DNA from: Nitrosopumilus sp.
Lineage (GTDB): Archaea > Thermoproteota > Nitrososphaeria > Nitrososphaerales > Nitrosopumilaceae
Length of the DNA stretch: 64,000 bases
Direction of reading: 5' to 3'
Assembly: GCA_965218785.1 (NCBI GenBank)
Contig: OZ244650.1
Location: 1,408,001-1,472,000, forward strand
Positions 21,090 through 31,438 of the stretch are shown here, one piece after another; position 1 is the stretch's first letter; each line of letters starts with the position of its first letter. Made by a program: the position numbers and the translations under genes. Below the pieces are notes generated by a model that had not been told where the DNA came from, did no database searches, and saw only the letters and a list, made by a program, of their open reading frames with translations.

Positions 21090-21138
21090 TCCAAACCGCA
21101 GGCAAATTCTTTTATTCACAGCAAGAGCGCATCAAATC

Positions 21139-22161
21139 ATGGTTCTGACCTACAAAAAAGCAGGAGTGGACATTTCTAAAATCAAACAGAGTCAGAGGGC
21201 AATTGGAAGACTGATTGCATCCACCCACAAGCCTCAGAAAAAAGCAAAGACGGCACATGGATTCGGACATTATGCCGGAATTGTGGAGATTCCAGGCGGA
21301 AAGCTTTTAGCTACACACACAGATGGCGTAGGAACCAAGGTAGTGATTGCAAACATGATGAAAAAATACAACACGATTGGGATTGACTGTGTTGCAATGA
21401 ATGTAAATGATATAATCTGTATTGGTGCAACACCCGTTTCATTTGTAGACTATATTGCCGCAAACAAAAATGATCAGCGGATATTCAAGAGGATTGTAGA
21501 GGGGCTGGTAACAGGGGCAAAGAGATCATCGATGCCGATTGTCGGAGGAGAGACTGCAATAATGCCAGATGTGATCGAGGGCAAGGGATTCGCATTTGAT
21601 CTGGCAGGAATGGTAGTAGGACTAGTGGAGAGAAAAGACGTGGTTCTCGGAGATAAAATAAGAACGGGGGATACAATTATCGGCGCAAATAGTACCGGTA
21701 TTCACTCAAACGGATATTCACTGGCACGAAAAGCACTATTAACGAAATACTCTGTCAAAGACAAAGTCAAGGGGGTCGGAACAGTTGGGGACGCACTGCT
21801 AAGACCCACTGAGATCTATGTGAATCCGGTTTTGGAGATGGTTCAAAAATGCAAAATAAACGGTCTTGCCCACATAACAGGGGGGGCATTTACCAAACTG
21901 CTGCGCCTCAAAGAAATAGGCTATCAGATAGACTCGCTTCCAAAAATCCCACCAATTATGGGGCTGGTAGAAGAGCAGGGGGTAAAACCCGAAGAGATGT
22001 ACAAGACATTCAATATGGGTGTGGGATTCTGTGTAATTGCACCAAAAAACCAAGCAGAAAAAATCAAATCAATATTCAAAAAGCACAAAATTTCAAGTCA
22101 GGAGATAGGGCAGATCATTTCAAGAAAGGGGGTTTTTGTAAACTCTAAAAAAATTGCCTAG
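21139..22161 (+). CDS. purM: Phosphoribosylformylglycinamidine cyclo-ligase (AIR synthase)
   Basis: 'TYKKAGVD', 'TDGVGTK', 'GGETA', 'GIHSNGYSL', 'AHITGG', 'TFNMGVG'. Confidence 0.96.
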   Translation: MVLTYKKAGVDISKIKQSQRAIGRLIASTHKPQKKAKTAHGFGHYAGIVEIPGGKLLATHTDGVGTKVVIANMMKKYNTIGIDCVAMNVNDIICIGATPVSFVDYIAANKNDQRIFKRIVEGLVTGAKRSSMPIVGGETAIMPDVIEGKGFAFDLAGMVVGLVERKDVVLGDKIRTGDTIIGANSTGIHSNGYSLARKALLTKYSVKDKVKGVGTVGDALLRPTEIYVNPVLEMVQKCKINGLAHITGGAFTKLLRLKEIGYQIDSLPKIPPIMGLVEEQGVKPEEMYKTFNMGVGFCVIAPKNQAEKIKSIFKKHKISSQEIGQIISRKGVFVNSKKIA

Positions 22162-22368
22162 TCACATCCTGCCGTAATTTGAAATACAAAACAACACACA
22201 GCCATAAAGCCAAATGATTTAGCTGACAATTGGGTTGAAATCGATAAAATCCGGATGGCGTGATTTATACTCGAAACATTTGGCACAAATTGTTTAATTT
22301 AACAACAACAAAATAATTTTCAACATAATATCACCTTATATTACATATTTCTATTCCAAACAGTAGAA

Positions 22369-23607
22369 ATGGCTGTAGAAGGGCAATTCATTGAAACAAT
22401 TATCGGGGTGGGTATTCTTCTCTTTGCAGCCAAATTAATGGCAGAGCTCTTCCTCAGACTAAAGCTTCCAATCGTTTTGGGAGAACTGCTGGCAGGGATG
22501 ATCGTGGGTCCGTTTGCGCTGGGGGGATTCTTTGTAGTGGATGGAAAACAGCTGCTTCAGATTAATGATGAGATAAGAATACTCGGCGAGATGGGTGCAA
22601 TCGTAATTTTATTCATGGCAGGACTTGAAATGACACCAAAAGAATTTCTCAAAGGCGGAAAGGCAGCGCTTACAGTCGGGACACTGGGGGTGGTGGTGCC
22701 GTTTTTTGCAGGTCTTGCAGTCTTCCAGATGTTCGGATTTGATGCGTTACAATCAATGCTGATTGCTACGGCGCTTACAGCAACAAGTATTGCAATCTCA
22801 ATCCAGGTGCTAAACGAGTTTGGCAAAATCAAGACTCCCGAAGCTAGGCTCATCATCGGAGCAGCCATTGTAGATGACATCCTAGCAATTGCAGTGCTGT
22901 CAGTTGTTACATCTATTGCAGGAACAGACGGAGGGGTGAACAACATAGACATTACCGAAGTTATAATTACAATTTTACAGGTATTGGGATTCTTTGCAAT
23001 AATGCTTGTTGTAGCAGTTGTAGTTATTCCAAGAATAATTACGCCAAGGTTATGGAAGGCAAAAGGCAGTGTTGAAGGAATAGCTACTGCATCGTTCTTT
23101 GGTGCAGCTGCCCTTGCGGGATCTATCGGGCTATCACCGATTGTAGGGGCGTTTGCAGTAGGAATGGCACTGTCAACTACCAAGGTCTTTGAAAAAGTGG
23201 AAAATTATGTCAGTAAGATAGGTCTGATTTTTGCACCGCTCTTCTTTGCAATCATAGGTGCACAGGTGGATTTCAGGTCAGTCGATTTGAATATTTTGAT
23301 GTTAAGCGTAATTGTCATTTCAGTTGCAATTGTAACAAAGTTGTTCGGATGCGGACTGCCTGCAATATTATTTTTGAAAAATAAGGAGCAGGGAATGAGG
23401 GTCGGAATAGGAATGATATCAAGAGGAGAAGTAGGACTCATTGTTGCAGGAGTGGGCGTTACTGCAGGAATACTTACATCTGAAGTATATTCGACAATCG
23501 TGATTATGGTGGCAGTAACGACGATCATAACACCAATCTGGTTGAAGATGGAATACAGAAAAGAACAGAAGAGGGAAAGCACTGCAGGCATGGAAAAGTC
23601 GGAATAA
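22369..23607 (+). CDS. Cation:proton antiporter (CPA2/KefB-like)
   Basis: Many TM helices; 'ATSIAIS', 'AAIVDDI', 'GMISRGEVGL'. Confidence 0.92.
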   Translation: MAVEGQFIETIIGVGILLFAAKLMAELFLRLKLPIVLGELLAGMIVGPFALGGFFVVDGKQLLQINDEIRILGEMGAIVILFMAGLEMTPKEFLKGGKAALTVGTLGVVVPFFAGLAVFQMFGFDALQSMLIATALTATSIAISIQVLNEFGKIKTPEARLIIGAAIVDDILAIAVLSVVTSIAGTDGGVNNIDITEVIITILQVLGFFAIMLVVAVVVIPRIITPRLWKAKGSVEGIATASFFGAAALAGSIGLSPIVGAFAVGMALSTTKVFEKVENYVSKIGLIFAPLFFAIIGAQVDFRSVDLNILMLSVIVISVAIVTKLFGCGLPAILFLKNKEQGMRVGIGMISRGEVGLIVAGVGVTAGILTSEVYSTIVIMVAVTTIITPIWLKMEYRKEQKRESTAGMEKSE

Positions 23608-24260
23608 ATTCTCATGCTAGCAAGTAGTGGCGGGTGCTTTCACTACTGTAAAATCAGGGGAGTTTTGCAAAATTATTCCAGTGGTTCTTTAGGATTTATG
23701 TAGTATGATTCAAGATTATTTATCCGATCATATTTTGATTATTACACAATTACAGATCTTTGTAGATCAGATTATAAAAAAGAAACAGAGGATGTTAGAC
23801 TTGAGGAACAAGCAAATTCCAGATGATGAGATACAAAAGATGAAATGATGTATCTCAGGTAGACGTTCATTCAAATGCTGTCTAGATGTCATTCAAATCC
23901 CATCATGATCGCATGGGTTAATGTTGCAATAAATCTGAGAATTGGAGATCTTGTCGCTGTGAGGGCGTTCTTGGACGGGCTTTAGCAGGCAGAGAACAAA
24001 GTATGATATGAATGGTAGTAAAAGTACTGCCCAGATTGGTATTTTGATTAAAAAAGAGGTGACAGAGGATCAGCGTGTGAATCGACGTTCGTAAGAAGAG
24101 CGTGCCACATCTGTAAAGAAAACATTACACAAAAGATCCATCAGAAAATGTTTGATAATACCAAGGCAGGTATGATCGCATTTGCAACAAATATCAAACT
24201 CAAATACGATAGGAGTAAATTCTTAAAAAGTCTTAAATCATAGAATCCTGAGTACAAGAT

Positions 24261-24743
24261 ATGTCAGTAAATACAAACAATGATTCGTTTAGAACAGAAG
24301 TACTTGCAGAGATCAAAAAAATTCAAGAAGAATTAGGCGAATTAAAAATTGTTAAAAGAAATATTGTAAAGAGATCAAATAAAAAACCAGCTAGAAAGAC
24401 TGTCAAGAGGAAATCGGCTAGAAAGACTGTCAAGAGGAAATCGGCTAGAAAGACTGTCAAGAGGAAATCGGCTAGAAAGACTGTCAAGAGGAAATCGGCT
24501 AGAAAGACTGTCAAGAGGAAATCGGCTAGAAAGACTGTCAAGAGGAAATCGGCTAGAAAGACTGTCAAGAGAAAGGCTGTCAAGAGGAAATCGGCTAGAA
24601 AGACTGTCAAGAGGAAATCGGCTAGAAAGACTGTCAAGAGGAAATCGGCTAGAAAGACTGTCAAGAGAAAGGCTGTTAGAAAACCAGTTAGAAAGACTGT
24701 CAAGAGAAAGGCTGGAAATACAGGTGTAAGAAGAAGAAGATAG
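24261..24743 (+). CDS. Lys/Arg-rich repetitive protein (histone H1/HC2-like)
   Basis: Short N-terminal coiled coil followed by about ten 'ARKTVKRKS' units. Confidence 0.75.
   Translation: MSVNTNNDSFRTEVLAEIKKIQEELGELKIVKRNIVKRSNKKPARKTVKRKSARKTVKRKSARKTVKRKSARKTVKRKSARKTVKRKSARKTVKRKSARKTVKRKAVKRKSARKTVKRKSARKTVKRKSARKTVKRKAVRKPVRKTVKRKAGNTGVRRRR
24390..24712 (+). repeat. 27-bp tandem repeat array
   Basis: GCTAGAAAGACTGTCAAGAGGAAATCG repeated head-to-tail with a few variant units and no spacers. Confidence 0.95.
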
Positions 24744-24799
24744 TCTCAAATCGAGCCAAATTATTTAACGAATTTATGTCCATGTCAATATGAGCAGAC

Positions 24800-26392
24800 A
24801 TGATAAAGTTGAATCCTGTTTTTTCAAAAGCATGTAGTGAAATCACTGAAAATCTACTGACAATTAACGAGCCCAGTAAGAAGCAGGTAAAAGACGAAAT
24901 CATAAAGATCTGTGCCAAGTATGCACTGGAAAGAATTCCCAGAAATTACGAAATTCTGTCAATGGCAAAGGAATCTGATTTCAACAAGTTAAGAAAAGTC
25001 CTGTTAAGAAAGCCAGTCAAGACGGCATCAGGAGTCGCAGTAGTGGCACTGATGCCAAAACCGTATGCCTGCCCGCACGGACGATGTACGTACTGTCCGG
25101 GAGGAATTGAGTTTAATTCCCCAAACAGCTATACAGGCAAGGAACCATCCTCGCTTAATGCCATTGAAAATGAATTTGATCCTAAATTACAAATCACATC
25201 AAAGATTGACAAACTAATTGCGTTTGGTCATGACCCATCTAAAATGGAAATTGTTATTGTAGGAGGCACCTTCCTGTTTATGCCAAGAGACTATCAAGAA
25301 AATTTTATCAAATCATGTTATGACGCCCTAAATGGAACAGATTCAAAAAATCTGCAAGAGGCAAAGTCAAACAACGAACATGCGTCAATAAGAAATGTCG
25401 GATTTACAATCGAGACAAAACCAGACTATTGTAAAAAGGAGCATGTCGATTGGATGCTAAACTATGGAATTACGAGAGTGGAGATCGGGGTGCAATCATT
25501 ACATGAAAGAGTTTATCAAATAGTCAACAGGGGTCACAACTACAACGATGTGACAGAATCATTCCAAATTTCCAAGGATGCCGGATACAAAATTGTCGCA
25601 CACATGATGCCGGGACTGCCTACTATGACGCCAGAAGAAGACATTGCTGATTTTAAGAAATTATTTTCTGATTCACAGCTGCGTCCAGACATGTTGAAGA
25701 TTTATCCATCGCTGGTAATTGAAAACACCCCGCTTTACGAGCAATACAAGCAGGGAAAATACGTTCCATATTCGGATGAAGCGATGATCAGGGTGCTAAC
25801 AGAGGCAAAAAGAAACGTCCCAAAATGGGTCAGAATCATGCGCGTGCAAAGGGAGATTTCCCCAAATGAGATCATTGCAGGACCAAAATCAGGCAATCTA
25901 AGGCAGATCGTACATGAAAATTTGGCCAGAGAGGGAATCTCATGCAAATGCATCAGATGCAGGGAGGCAGGACGCACCTCTCAGAAAAAATCAGACGGGG
26001 GGGATATCAAATTAGACAGAGTGAATTATGATTCCTCAAATGGAAGGGAGGTATTCCTGTCTTATGAGGACAGAAATGAATCAATTTACGGATTTCTGAG
26101 ATTAAGAAAGCCGAGTGTGGATGCACACAGGGACGAAGTAGGAACCGACTCTTGTATTGTAAGGGAGGTTCATGTCTATGGAAGATCACTTGGGCTCGGT
26201 GAGAAAGAAGAAAACGAGATTCAGCATTCAGGATTGGGAAAGAACCTGATGAAGGAGGCAGAAAAAATTTCCAGCGAAGAGTTTGATGCAAAGAAGATTC
26301 TAGTAATCAGCGCGATTGGCACAAGAGAGTACTACCAAAAGCTGGGGTATTCGTTATATGGGCCATACATGTCTAAAACATTGAACCGGTGA
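24800..26392 (+). CDS. elp3: Elp3 tRNA uridine(34) acetyltransferase (radical SAM + GNAT)
   Basis: 'CPHGRCTYCPGG', 'GGTF', 'ETKPD', 'KIYP', 'CIRCRE', 'QHSGLG', 'YYQKLGY'. Confidence 0.94.
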   Translation: MIKLNPVFSKACSEITENLLTINEPSKKQVKDEIIKICAKYALERIPRNYEILSMAKESDFNKLRKVLLRKPVKTASGVAVVALMPKPYACPHGRCTYCPGGIEFNSPNSYTGKEPSSLNAIENEFDPKLQITSKIDKLIAFGHDPSKMEIVIVGGTFLFMPRDYQENFIKSCYDALNGTDSKNLQEAKSNNEHASIRNVGFTIETKPDYCKKEHVDWMLNYGITRVEIGVQSLHERVYQIVNRGHNYNDVTESFQISKDAGYKIVAHMMPGLPTMTPEEDIADFKKLFSDSQLRPDMLKIYPSLVIENTPLYEQYKQGKYVPYSDEAMIRVLTEAKRNVPKWVRIMRVQREISPNEIIAGPKSGNLRQIVHENLAREGISCKCIRCREAGRTSQKKSDGGDIKLDRVNYDSSNGREVFLSYEDRNESIYGFLRLRKPSVDAHRDEVGTDSCIVREVHVYGRSLGLGEKEENEIQHSGLGKNLMKEAEKISSEEFDAKKILVISAIGTREYYQKLGYSLYGPYMSKTLNR

Positions 26393-26398
26393 GATGGG

Positions 26399-27985
26399 AT
26401 GTCAGAACAAGAGACTATTGGCAGGGGAACATGGATAGACAAGCTGGCTCATGAATTACTTGAACGTGAAAAGACTCTCGGCAGAAACCTGGATAACATA
26501 AGGGTGGAAAGCGGTCTTGGAGCATCGGGGATTCCACATATTGGAAGCCTGGGCGATGCGGTAAGAGCATACGGAGTCAAGCTGGCATTGGAGAATTTCG
26601 GTTACAAATCAGAGCTGATTGCATACTCTGATGATCTTGACGGGCTGAGAAAAATTCCCGAGGGGTTTCCAGATTCGCTAGAAGAGCACCTGGCAAAACC
26701 AGTTACGCTGATTCCGGATCCGTATGGATGTCACGACTCGTATGGCATGCACATGAGCAGCATTCTTTTGGACGGACTTGACAGGGTGGGAATAAAGTAC
26801 GAGTTCAGAAGGGCAATTGATACCTACAAGCAGGGACTGCTAACTGATCAGATCCACACAATCCTGCAAAACAGTGCAAGAATTGGAGAAAAGATTGCCG
26901 AGTTTGTAGGACAAAAAAAATATCAAAAATACCTCCCATATTTTCCAGTCTGTGCAAATTGTAGCCGCCTATACACGGCAGAATCAACTGAATACATCTC
27001 CGATGAAAGGAAGGTAAGATACAAGTGTCATGATGTTGAGATTGGCTCAAAAAAGATCAGCGGATGTAATCACGAGGGAGAGGCAGACATCAGAAAAGAT
27101 CTTGGAAAGCTGGCATGGAAGGTAGAGTTTGCGGCAAGATGGGCGGCATTTGATATCAGATTCGAGGCGTATGGAAAGGACATCATGGATTCAGTCAAGG
27201 TAAATGATTGGGTGGCAGACGAGGTTTTAGGATACGCACACCCCCATCACGTAAAGTATGAGATGTTTCTAGACAAGGGAGGAAAAAAGATTTCAAAGTC
27301 GCTTGGAAATGTCATAACTGCGCAAAAATGGTTGGAGTTTGGCAGTCCGGAATCAATTTTGCTACTACTATACAAAAGAATCACGGGTGCACGGGAACTG
27401 GGATTTGAGGATATTCCGTCTCTAATGAACGAATACGATGAATTAGAAGACGTTTACTTTGGAAAAACCAGGATGGAGAATCAGGCAAAACTGACAAGAA
27501 CAAAAGGGCTCTACGAGTACGTAAACCTACTTGCACCGCCCAAACAGCCAGGCACGCATGTTAACTACCGGCTATTGGTTGAACTGGCAAAAATATTCAA
27601 AGAAGACAGGGGCAAAAGAATAATGAAGAAACTATCAGAATACGGAGTGCTGAAAAACCCAGAGCCGGAAATTGAAAGACTCATTGGCCTTGCAGGTAAC
27701 TTTGCAGACGAGTTTGATCAGCGTGAAAAGACACGGATTGATCTGGATGATTCTGCAAAAGGGGCATTGAAGATACTGGCCGATGCACTTGATGCAGACC
27801 AAGAGCCAGAGGACATTCAAAACACGATATACCAGATTGCAAAATCAAATGACGTGAAGCCAAAAGATTTCTTTAAAATATTATATCAGATAATACTGGG
27901 AACATCTAGAGGTCCAAAGATAGGACCCTTCATTTCAGACATCGGAAGAAAGCAGGTTGCAAAAACATTATCAGAGTACACATAA
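26399..27985 (+). CDS. lysS: Lysine--tRNA ligase, class I
   Basis: 'SGIPHIGS', 'GKLAWKVEFAARW', 'KISKSLGN', 'GPKIG'. Confidence 0.95.
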   Translation: MSEQETIGRGTWIDKLAHELLEREKTLGRNLDNIRVESGLGASGIPHIGSLGDAVRAYGVKLALENFGYKSELIAYSDDLDGLRKIPEGFPDSLEEHLAKPVTLIPDPYGCHDSYGMHMSSILLDGLDRVGIKYEFRRAIDTYKQGLLTDQIHTILQNSARIGEKIAEFVGQKKYQKYLPYFPVCANCSRLYTAESTEYISDERKVRYKCHDVEIGSKKISGCNHEGEADIRKDLGKLAWKVEFAARWAAFDIRFEAYGKDIMDSVKVNDWVADEVLGYAHPHHVKYEMFLDKGGKKISKSLGNVITAQKWLEFGSPESILLLLYKRITGARELGFEDIPSLMNEYDELEDVYFGKTRMENQAKLTRTKGLYEYVNLLAPPKQPGTHVNYRLLVELAKIFKEDRGKRIMKKLSEYGVLKNPEPEIERLIGLAGNFADEFDQREKTRIDLDDSAKGALKILADALDADQEPEDIQNTIYQIAKSNDVKPKDFFKILYQIILGTSRGPKIGPFISDIGRKQVAKTLSEYT

Positions 27986-27986
27986 C

Positions 27987-28187
27987 ATGGTTCACAGCGG
28001 GCATAACAGGGCAAGAAACAGCGGGGGGTTTGCCCTGATAATTTTTGGGGCGTTGCTGCTATTTCTTGCACCAAACATCTATCCAAGCATGCCTGAATTG
28101 GGCACGATTTCCCTGGTTGGAGGGGCAGTTATTGGCAGTATCGGGTTTTATTTAAAATTCATTAGGACGCGGGTTAAGGAAGAGTGA
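27987..28187 (+). CDS. Small two-TM membrane protein
   Basis: ATG 1 bp after the lysS stop; two hydrophobic segments. Confidence 0.6.
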   Translation: MVHSGHNRARNSGGFALIIFGALLLFLAPNIYPSMPELGTISLVGGAVIGSIGFYLKFIRTRVKEE

Positions 28188-28194
28188 GAAGATA

Positions 28195-28962
28195 ATGGGG
28201 TTTTTTACCAAGAAAAAAACTGAAGAGCAGATTTCAGAAAAAAATGAGCAGTACGTGCAAAAAGAAAAGCTTGAATCAGAGATGGATGGTATCCAGGATC
28301 AATACAGGGCAAAACAGGAGGAGCTCAACGAGATAAGGCAAAAGATCGAGATGGTAAAAGACGAATACGAGGCCACAGTCAGCAGCCTCATGCTAATCAA
28401 AAAGGAGCTCAATCAGAAAAAAATGGATCTAGATGTGTCCATACGCCAGTACAGGGAGATCAATGAAAAAATTAAAAGCTCAGAAAAGATTACAGACTCT
28501 GAATCAATCAGCGAGTTTAACAAAACCGAGGAGAACCTGCGGAGAATAAAACAAGAGTTGAAGAAGATTACAAATGAATGCAATCAAACCAAGGAACAGA
28601 TGACACAGGAGCAGGCATTACTTCGCAACATTAGAAACCAAAACGTGGAATACAAAAAAGAGCTCGAAGAGGCAACGTCCCAGCTGTACAATGCAAAAGA
28701 AGAGTTGGCAAAAAAAGACATGTTTCAGGATACGAGTGTCTTGACTGCCAAAGAAACAGAGTTCATCAAGGGCGGCGATGCAGACCAAAAATCATCTGCA
28801 GGGGTAATTGAGGCGGCAAGTGTGGTGGTAGGATCATTAAAATCAAAACTCAACATGACACAAAAAGAATTAGAGGCAGTTCAGTTACTTTTAGAGCAGG
28901 AAAGAACCGGACATGGAAAGACCAGACAGGAGCTTGACAGGCTAAAAAGGACAAAGTCATAG
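28195..28962 (+). CDS. Coiled-coil protein
   Basis: E/K/Q-rich heptad pattern; N-terminal 'MGFFTKKK'. Confidence 0.75.
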   Translation: MGFFTKKKTEEQISEKNEQYVQKEKLESEMDGIQDQYRAKQEELNEIRQKIEMVKDEYEATVSSLMLIKKELNQKKMDLDVSIRQYREINEKIKSSEKITDSESISEFNKTEENLRRIKQELKKITNECNQTKEQMTQEQALLRNIRNQNVEYKKELEEATSQLYNAKEELAKKDMFQDTSVLTAKETEFIKGGDADQKSSAGVIEAASVVVGSLKSKLNMTQKELEAVQLLLEQERTGHGKTRQELDRLKRTKS

Positions 28963-29397
28963 ATTTTCAAAGTGTTTCTTCCACCTTGTCTTTATCTCCT
29001 GTTCTGAGATTCCCATATCATATAACGGCGAGGTCACCTCAGAGACGTCTGAGACTCTTACTAGTACGATCGAGTTGATCGGGCTTTTGATTCCTTTTTT
29101 TCTATAGTGGTTTAGAATTTCCTCAAACAGGGAATCATCATCGACTGTTTTGGCCTCTCCTTTGAACAGATAACCCTTGCGTAAAAGGGGATCAATTACG
29201 TTAATCTCCACAAAGGAATTGGTCTGCAGATTCCTCATGGTATCAGGCGAACGAATATCTGCAAATGCCAGCATCTCAGACGTCCAGCCAATGATGGTTC
29301 CCTTTGGAGAAATATTTGGTCGGCCATCAGAGGTGACAGTGGCCACGTAACCAAGCTTTTGCAGATCCAAAAAGTCCTTTATCTGCTGAGTGATCAT
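28957..29397 (-). CDS. Pyridoxamine 5'-phosphate oxidase-like flavin-binding protein
   Basis: 'YVATV..DG.PNISPKG', 'T.RNL..N'. Confidence 0.87.
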   Translation of the reverse strand: MITQQIKDFLDLQKLGYVATVTSDGRPNISPKGTIIGWTSEMLAFADIRSPDTMRNLQTNSFVEINVIDPLLRKGYLFKGEAKTVDDDSLFEEILNHYRKKGIKSPINSIVLVRVSDVSEVTSPLYDMGISEQEIKTRWKKHFENL

Positions 29398-29440
29398 CAG
29401 TTACTACCACAAATGAATACGATGTGACTGGTTTGGAAGA

Positions 29441-29638
29441 TCATCGCATGAATTCGGCCGCCTCTATAGAAAAGAAGAAGAATCCGATTCCACCGCCGAT
29501 AATGGCAACCCAAGCCAGAATCTGTTTGGTTTTAGACATTGAAGGGGATTTTTTAGTCTCATTATTGAATCTACTCGGCTTGATGGCGGGGGGCTCATAA
29601 CCATATTCATTCGAATCTGCTTTATTTAGAAATCCCAA
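29441..29638 (-). CDS. Small membrane protein
   Basis: 65 aa with a C-terminal TM helix. Confidence 0.55.
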   Translation of the reverse strand: MGFLNKADSNEYGYEPPAIKPSRFNNETKKSPSMSKTKQILAWVAIIGGGIGFFFFSIEAAEFMR

Positions 29639-29656
29639 TGAAGAGCATAAAGTCTG

Positions 29657-30292
29657 TCACCCCATAGAACGCAATGTTGATTTTAGATCATCTATATTCA
29701 CAGTCATGTCTTGTAACTCAGTTTTGGCATTCCCGTCAGAATCAACAAAAAATATGCCTGATTGAACTCCAGTTATGTAATAAGAGTTTCCCCACCTGGT
29801 CCCAGGAGGATCCTTTGACAGAAATACAAGGACATGGTCACCCAGTTCTATTTGTGGGACATCAAAGTTCACATGCTCTATGTTCCTGTATGTTCCTCCC
29901 GACGTCTTGAACTCGACTATATCCGTGGGTGTACCCTTGATGAAATCTTTTGTCGAAATCGTCCATGTAGTATACACGTATGGAATATGCAGTACCGGCA
30001 CATCCAACGGCCAGTTTGAGAATGTCAAAAATGCCCATGTAAACGCCCATGTAGTAAACGTGTGTGGACTGTCTATATTGCCATTCTTGACCCATGTAAC
30101 TTCTGTTGTCTGCCCGGTTATTGTTCCTTCAAGTGCAAGTGTGCTTTTGGAATATAATTCTGGCTTGTCCATATTGGGAGAAAGACCCATGCTCTGATTG
30201 GTTATGGGTATGTATCCATTATAGTACAAACTTGGAACTGCAAGTATGCCAAATAGCACCAATACTGGAATAATCAGTATTATTTTTTTCAT
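29657..30292 (-). CDS. Secreted or membrane-anchored hypothetical protein
   Basis: N-terminal signal/TM; beta-rich body with 'GDHVLVFL' and 'QSGIF'. Confidence 0.7.
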   Translation of the reverse strand: MKKIILIIPVLVLFGILAVPSLYYNGYIPITNQSMGLSPNMDKPELYSKSTLALEGTITGQTTEVTWVKNGNIDSPHTFTTWAFTWAFLTFSNWPLDVPVLHIPYVYTTWTISTKDFIKGTPTDIVEFKTSGGTYRNIEHVNFDVPQIELGDHVLVFLSKDPPGTRWGNSYYITGVQSGIFFVDSDGNAKTELQDMTVNIDDLKSTLRSMG

Positions 30293-30651
30293 GGGTACTG
30301 GGGATCCAATGCATCTTCATCGCTAGTAGTTATCGTTCCTCTTGATCCGTCCAAATTCAATCCTGCATTAATTACGGGATTACTGTCATGGAAATTATGG
30401 AAAAGAGTTGGCAGGTGATGATGTCCAATCTCATGGATTGCAACTGTTTGAAAATCCACAACTCTTGAATCTGCATCCACATCATCAAAATAATAATGCG
30501 TGTTGTACTGTACATGTGCGGAAATTATTATGCCGAATATTTTAGTTGGAATCATTTCAGCATAACGATTGTTTGCATCCATGTTGATTCCTTTTTGAGG
30601 GATTGCATTTAAATTTGCTTGTGTAATAGACTGAAGAATCTTCCCAGTCAT
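30289..30651 (-). pseudogene. Probable fragment of a matrixin-like zinc metalloprotease
   Basis: 'DFQTVAIHEIGH' (HExxH) and terminal 'D..AL...Y'. There is no signal peptide or good start and the sequence upstream looks degraded. Confidence 0.5.
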
Positions 30652-30934
30652 TACAGCCGCATCAATAATGACATTACATCAGATCCAATGACGCCAGCTG
30701 TCTACCTGTCTTCAGGCATCCTCAAGAATGTCTTTTAATATTTTACAGAATGCGTGTCCGCACAGACTTGCATCTGCTGACTTGCACAAACATCAGGAGA
30801 TGGCTGTACTCATCTCTTGAATTCCTCTTTTTTATCTTCATATGTCCAATTCTCGGAACTTTAAAAGCGAAAATATCATATCTGGACTGAATTCTTACAG
30901 AAATTATAATTAGACTCGTAATGAATCAGCAGTA

Positions 30935-31078
30935 TTGGCAAGTATCAAAGATGTAGGAAAGCTCTTTTTATTCATAGTCGGCGGGATAGTGGCGATAATC
31001 GTAGGCTCCTTTATGATTAGGGGAACGATGCATCTTTGGGACAAGTCAGAGAAGACAGAGGAAAAAGACAAGGACTAA
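30935..31078 (+). CDS. Small single-TM protein (47 aa; below the ORF-track cut-off)
   Basis: TTG start; MASIKDVGKLFLFIVGGIVAIIVGSFMIRGTMHLWDKSEKTEEKDKD. Confidence 0.55.
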   Translation: MASIKDVGKLFLFIVGGIVAIIVGSFMIRGTMHLWDKSEKTEEKDKD

Positions 31079-31104
31079 AAAAAGGGCGTTGAGAAGGACT
31101 GTAA

Positions 31105-31404
31105 TTGCTTCAGGACGCCACAATCAGAAGATCGCTTGACGGATACATCAAAAGAAGAATTCAGGGGATACCCACTGAGATCAGGCAGACGTTTCCAAAC
31201 ATCAAGCAGATCTGGAAGTGTGATGATGAACTAGAGTTTCTTTACGGATACTATGTAGGCAAGATTGAGGAGGGGGCTTTGCACTACCTGCTCAAGGCAA
31301 CCCGTGCATCGGCAGGAGGATACGTCGATACGTTTGAGATCAGGGGAATAATTGAAACGCACAAGGTGGAGCTGCGTGAAACTATAAAATATTCAGTCAA
31401 TTAG
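31105..31404 (+). CDS. Hypothetical protein
   Basis: 99-aa ORF containing 'EFLYGYYVGKIE', a small helical archaeal protein pattern. Confidence 0.7.
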   Translation: MLQDATIRRSLDGYIKRRIQGIPTEIRQTFPNIKQIWKCDDELEFLYGYYVGKIEEGALHYLLKATRASAGGYVDTFEIRGIIETHKVELRETIKYSVN

Positions 31405-31438
31405 TGAAGTAAAAATACTACGTCATCTGTGTAAAGGC

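Noticed and set aside
24390-24712. Possible CRISPR array
   Set aside because: The 27-bp units are contiguous with no unique spacers and lie in-frame within a coding sequence; there are no cas genes in the window.
24323-24749. Minus-strand repetitive ORFs (LLTVFLADF and LDSLSSRFP repeats)
   Set aside because: They are antisense frames of the Lys/Arg repeat. The plus frame has a proper ATG, unique flanks and the same orientation as elp3.
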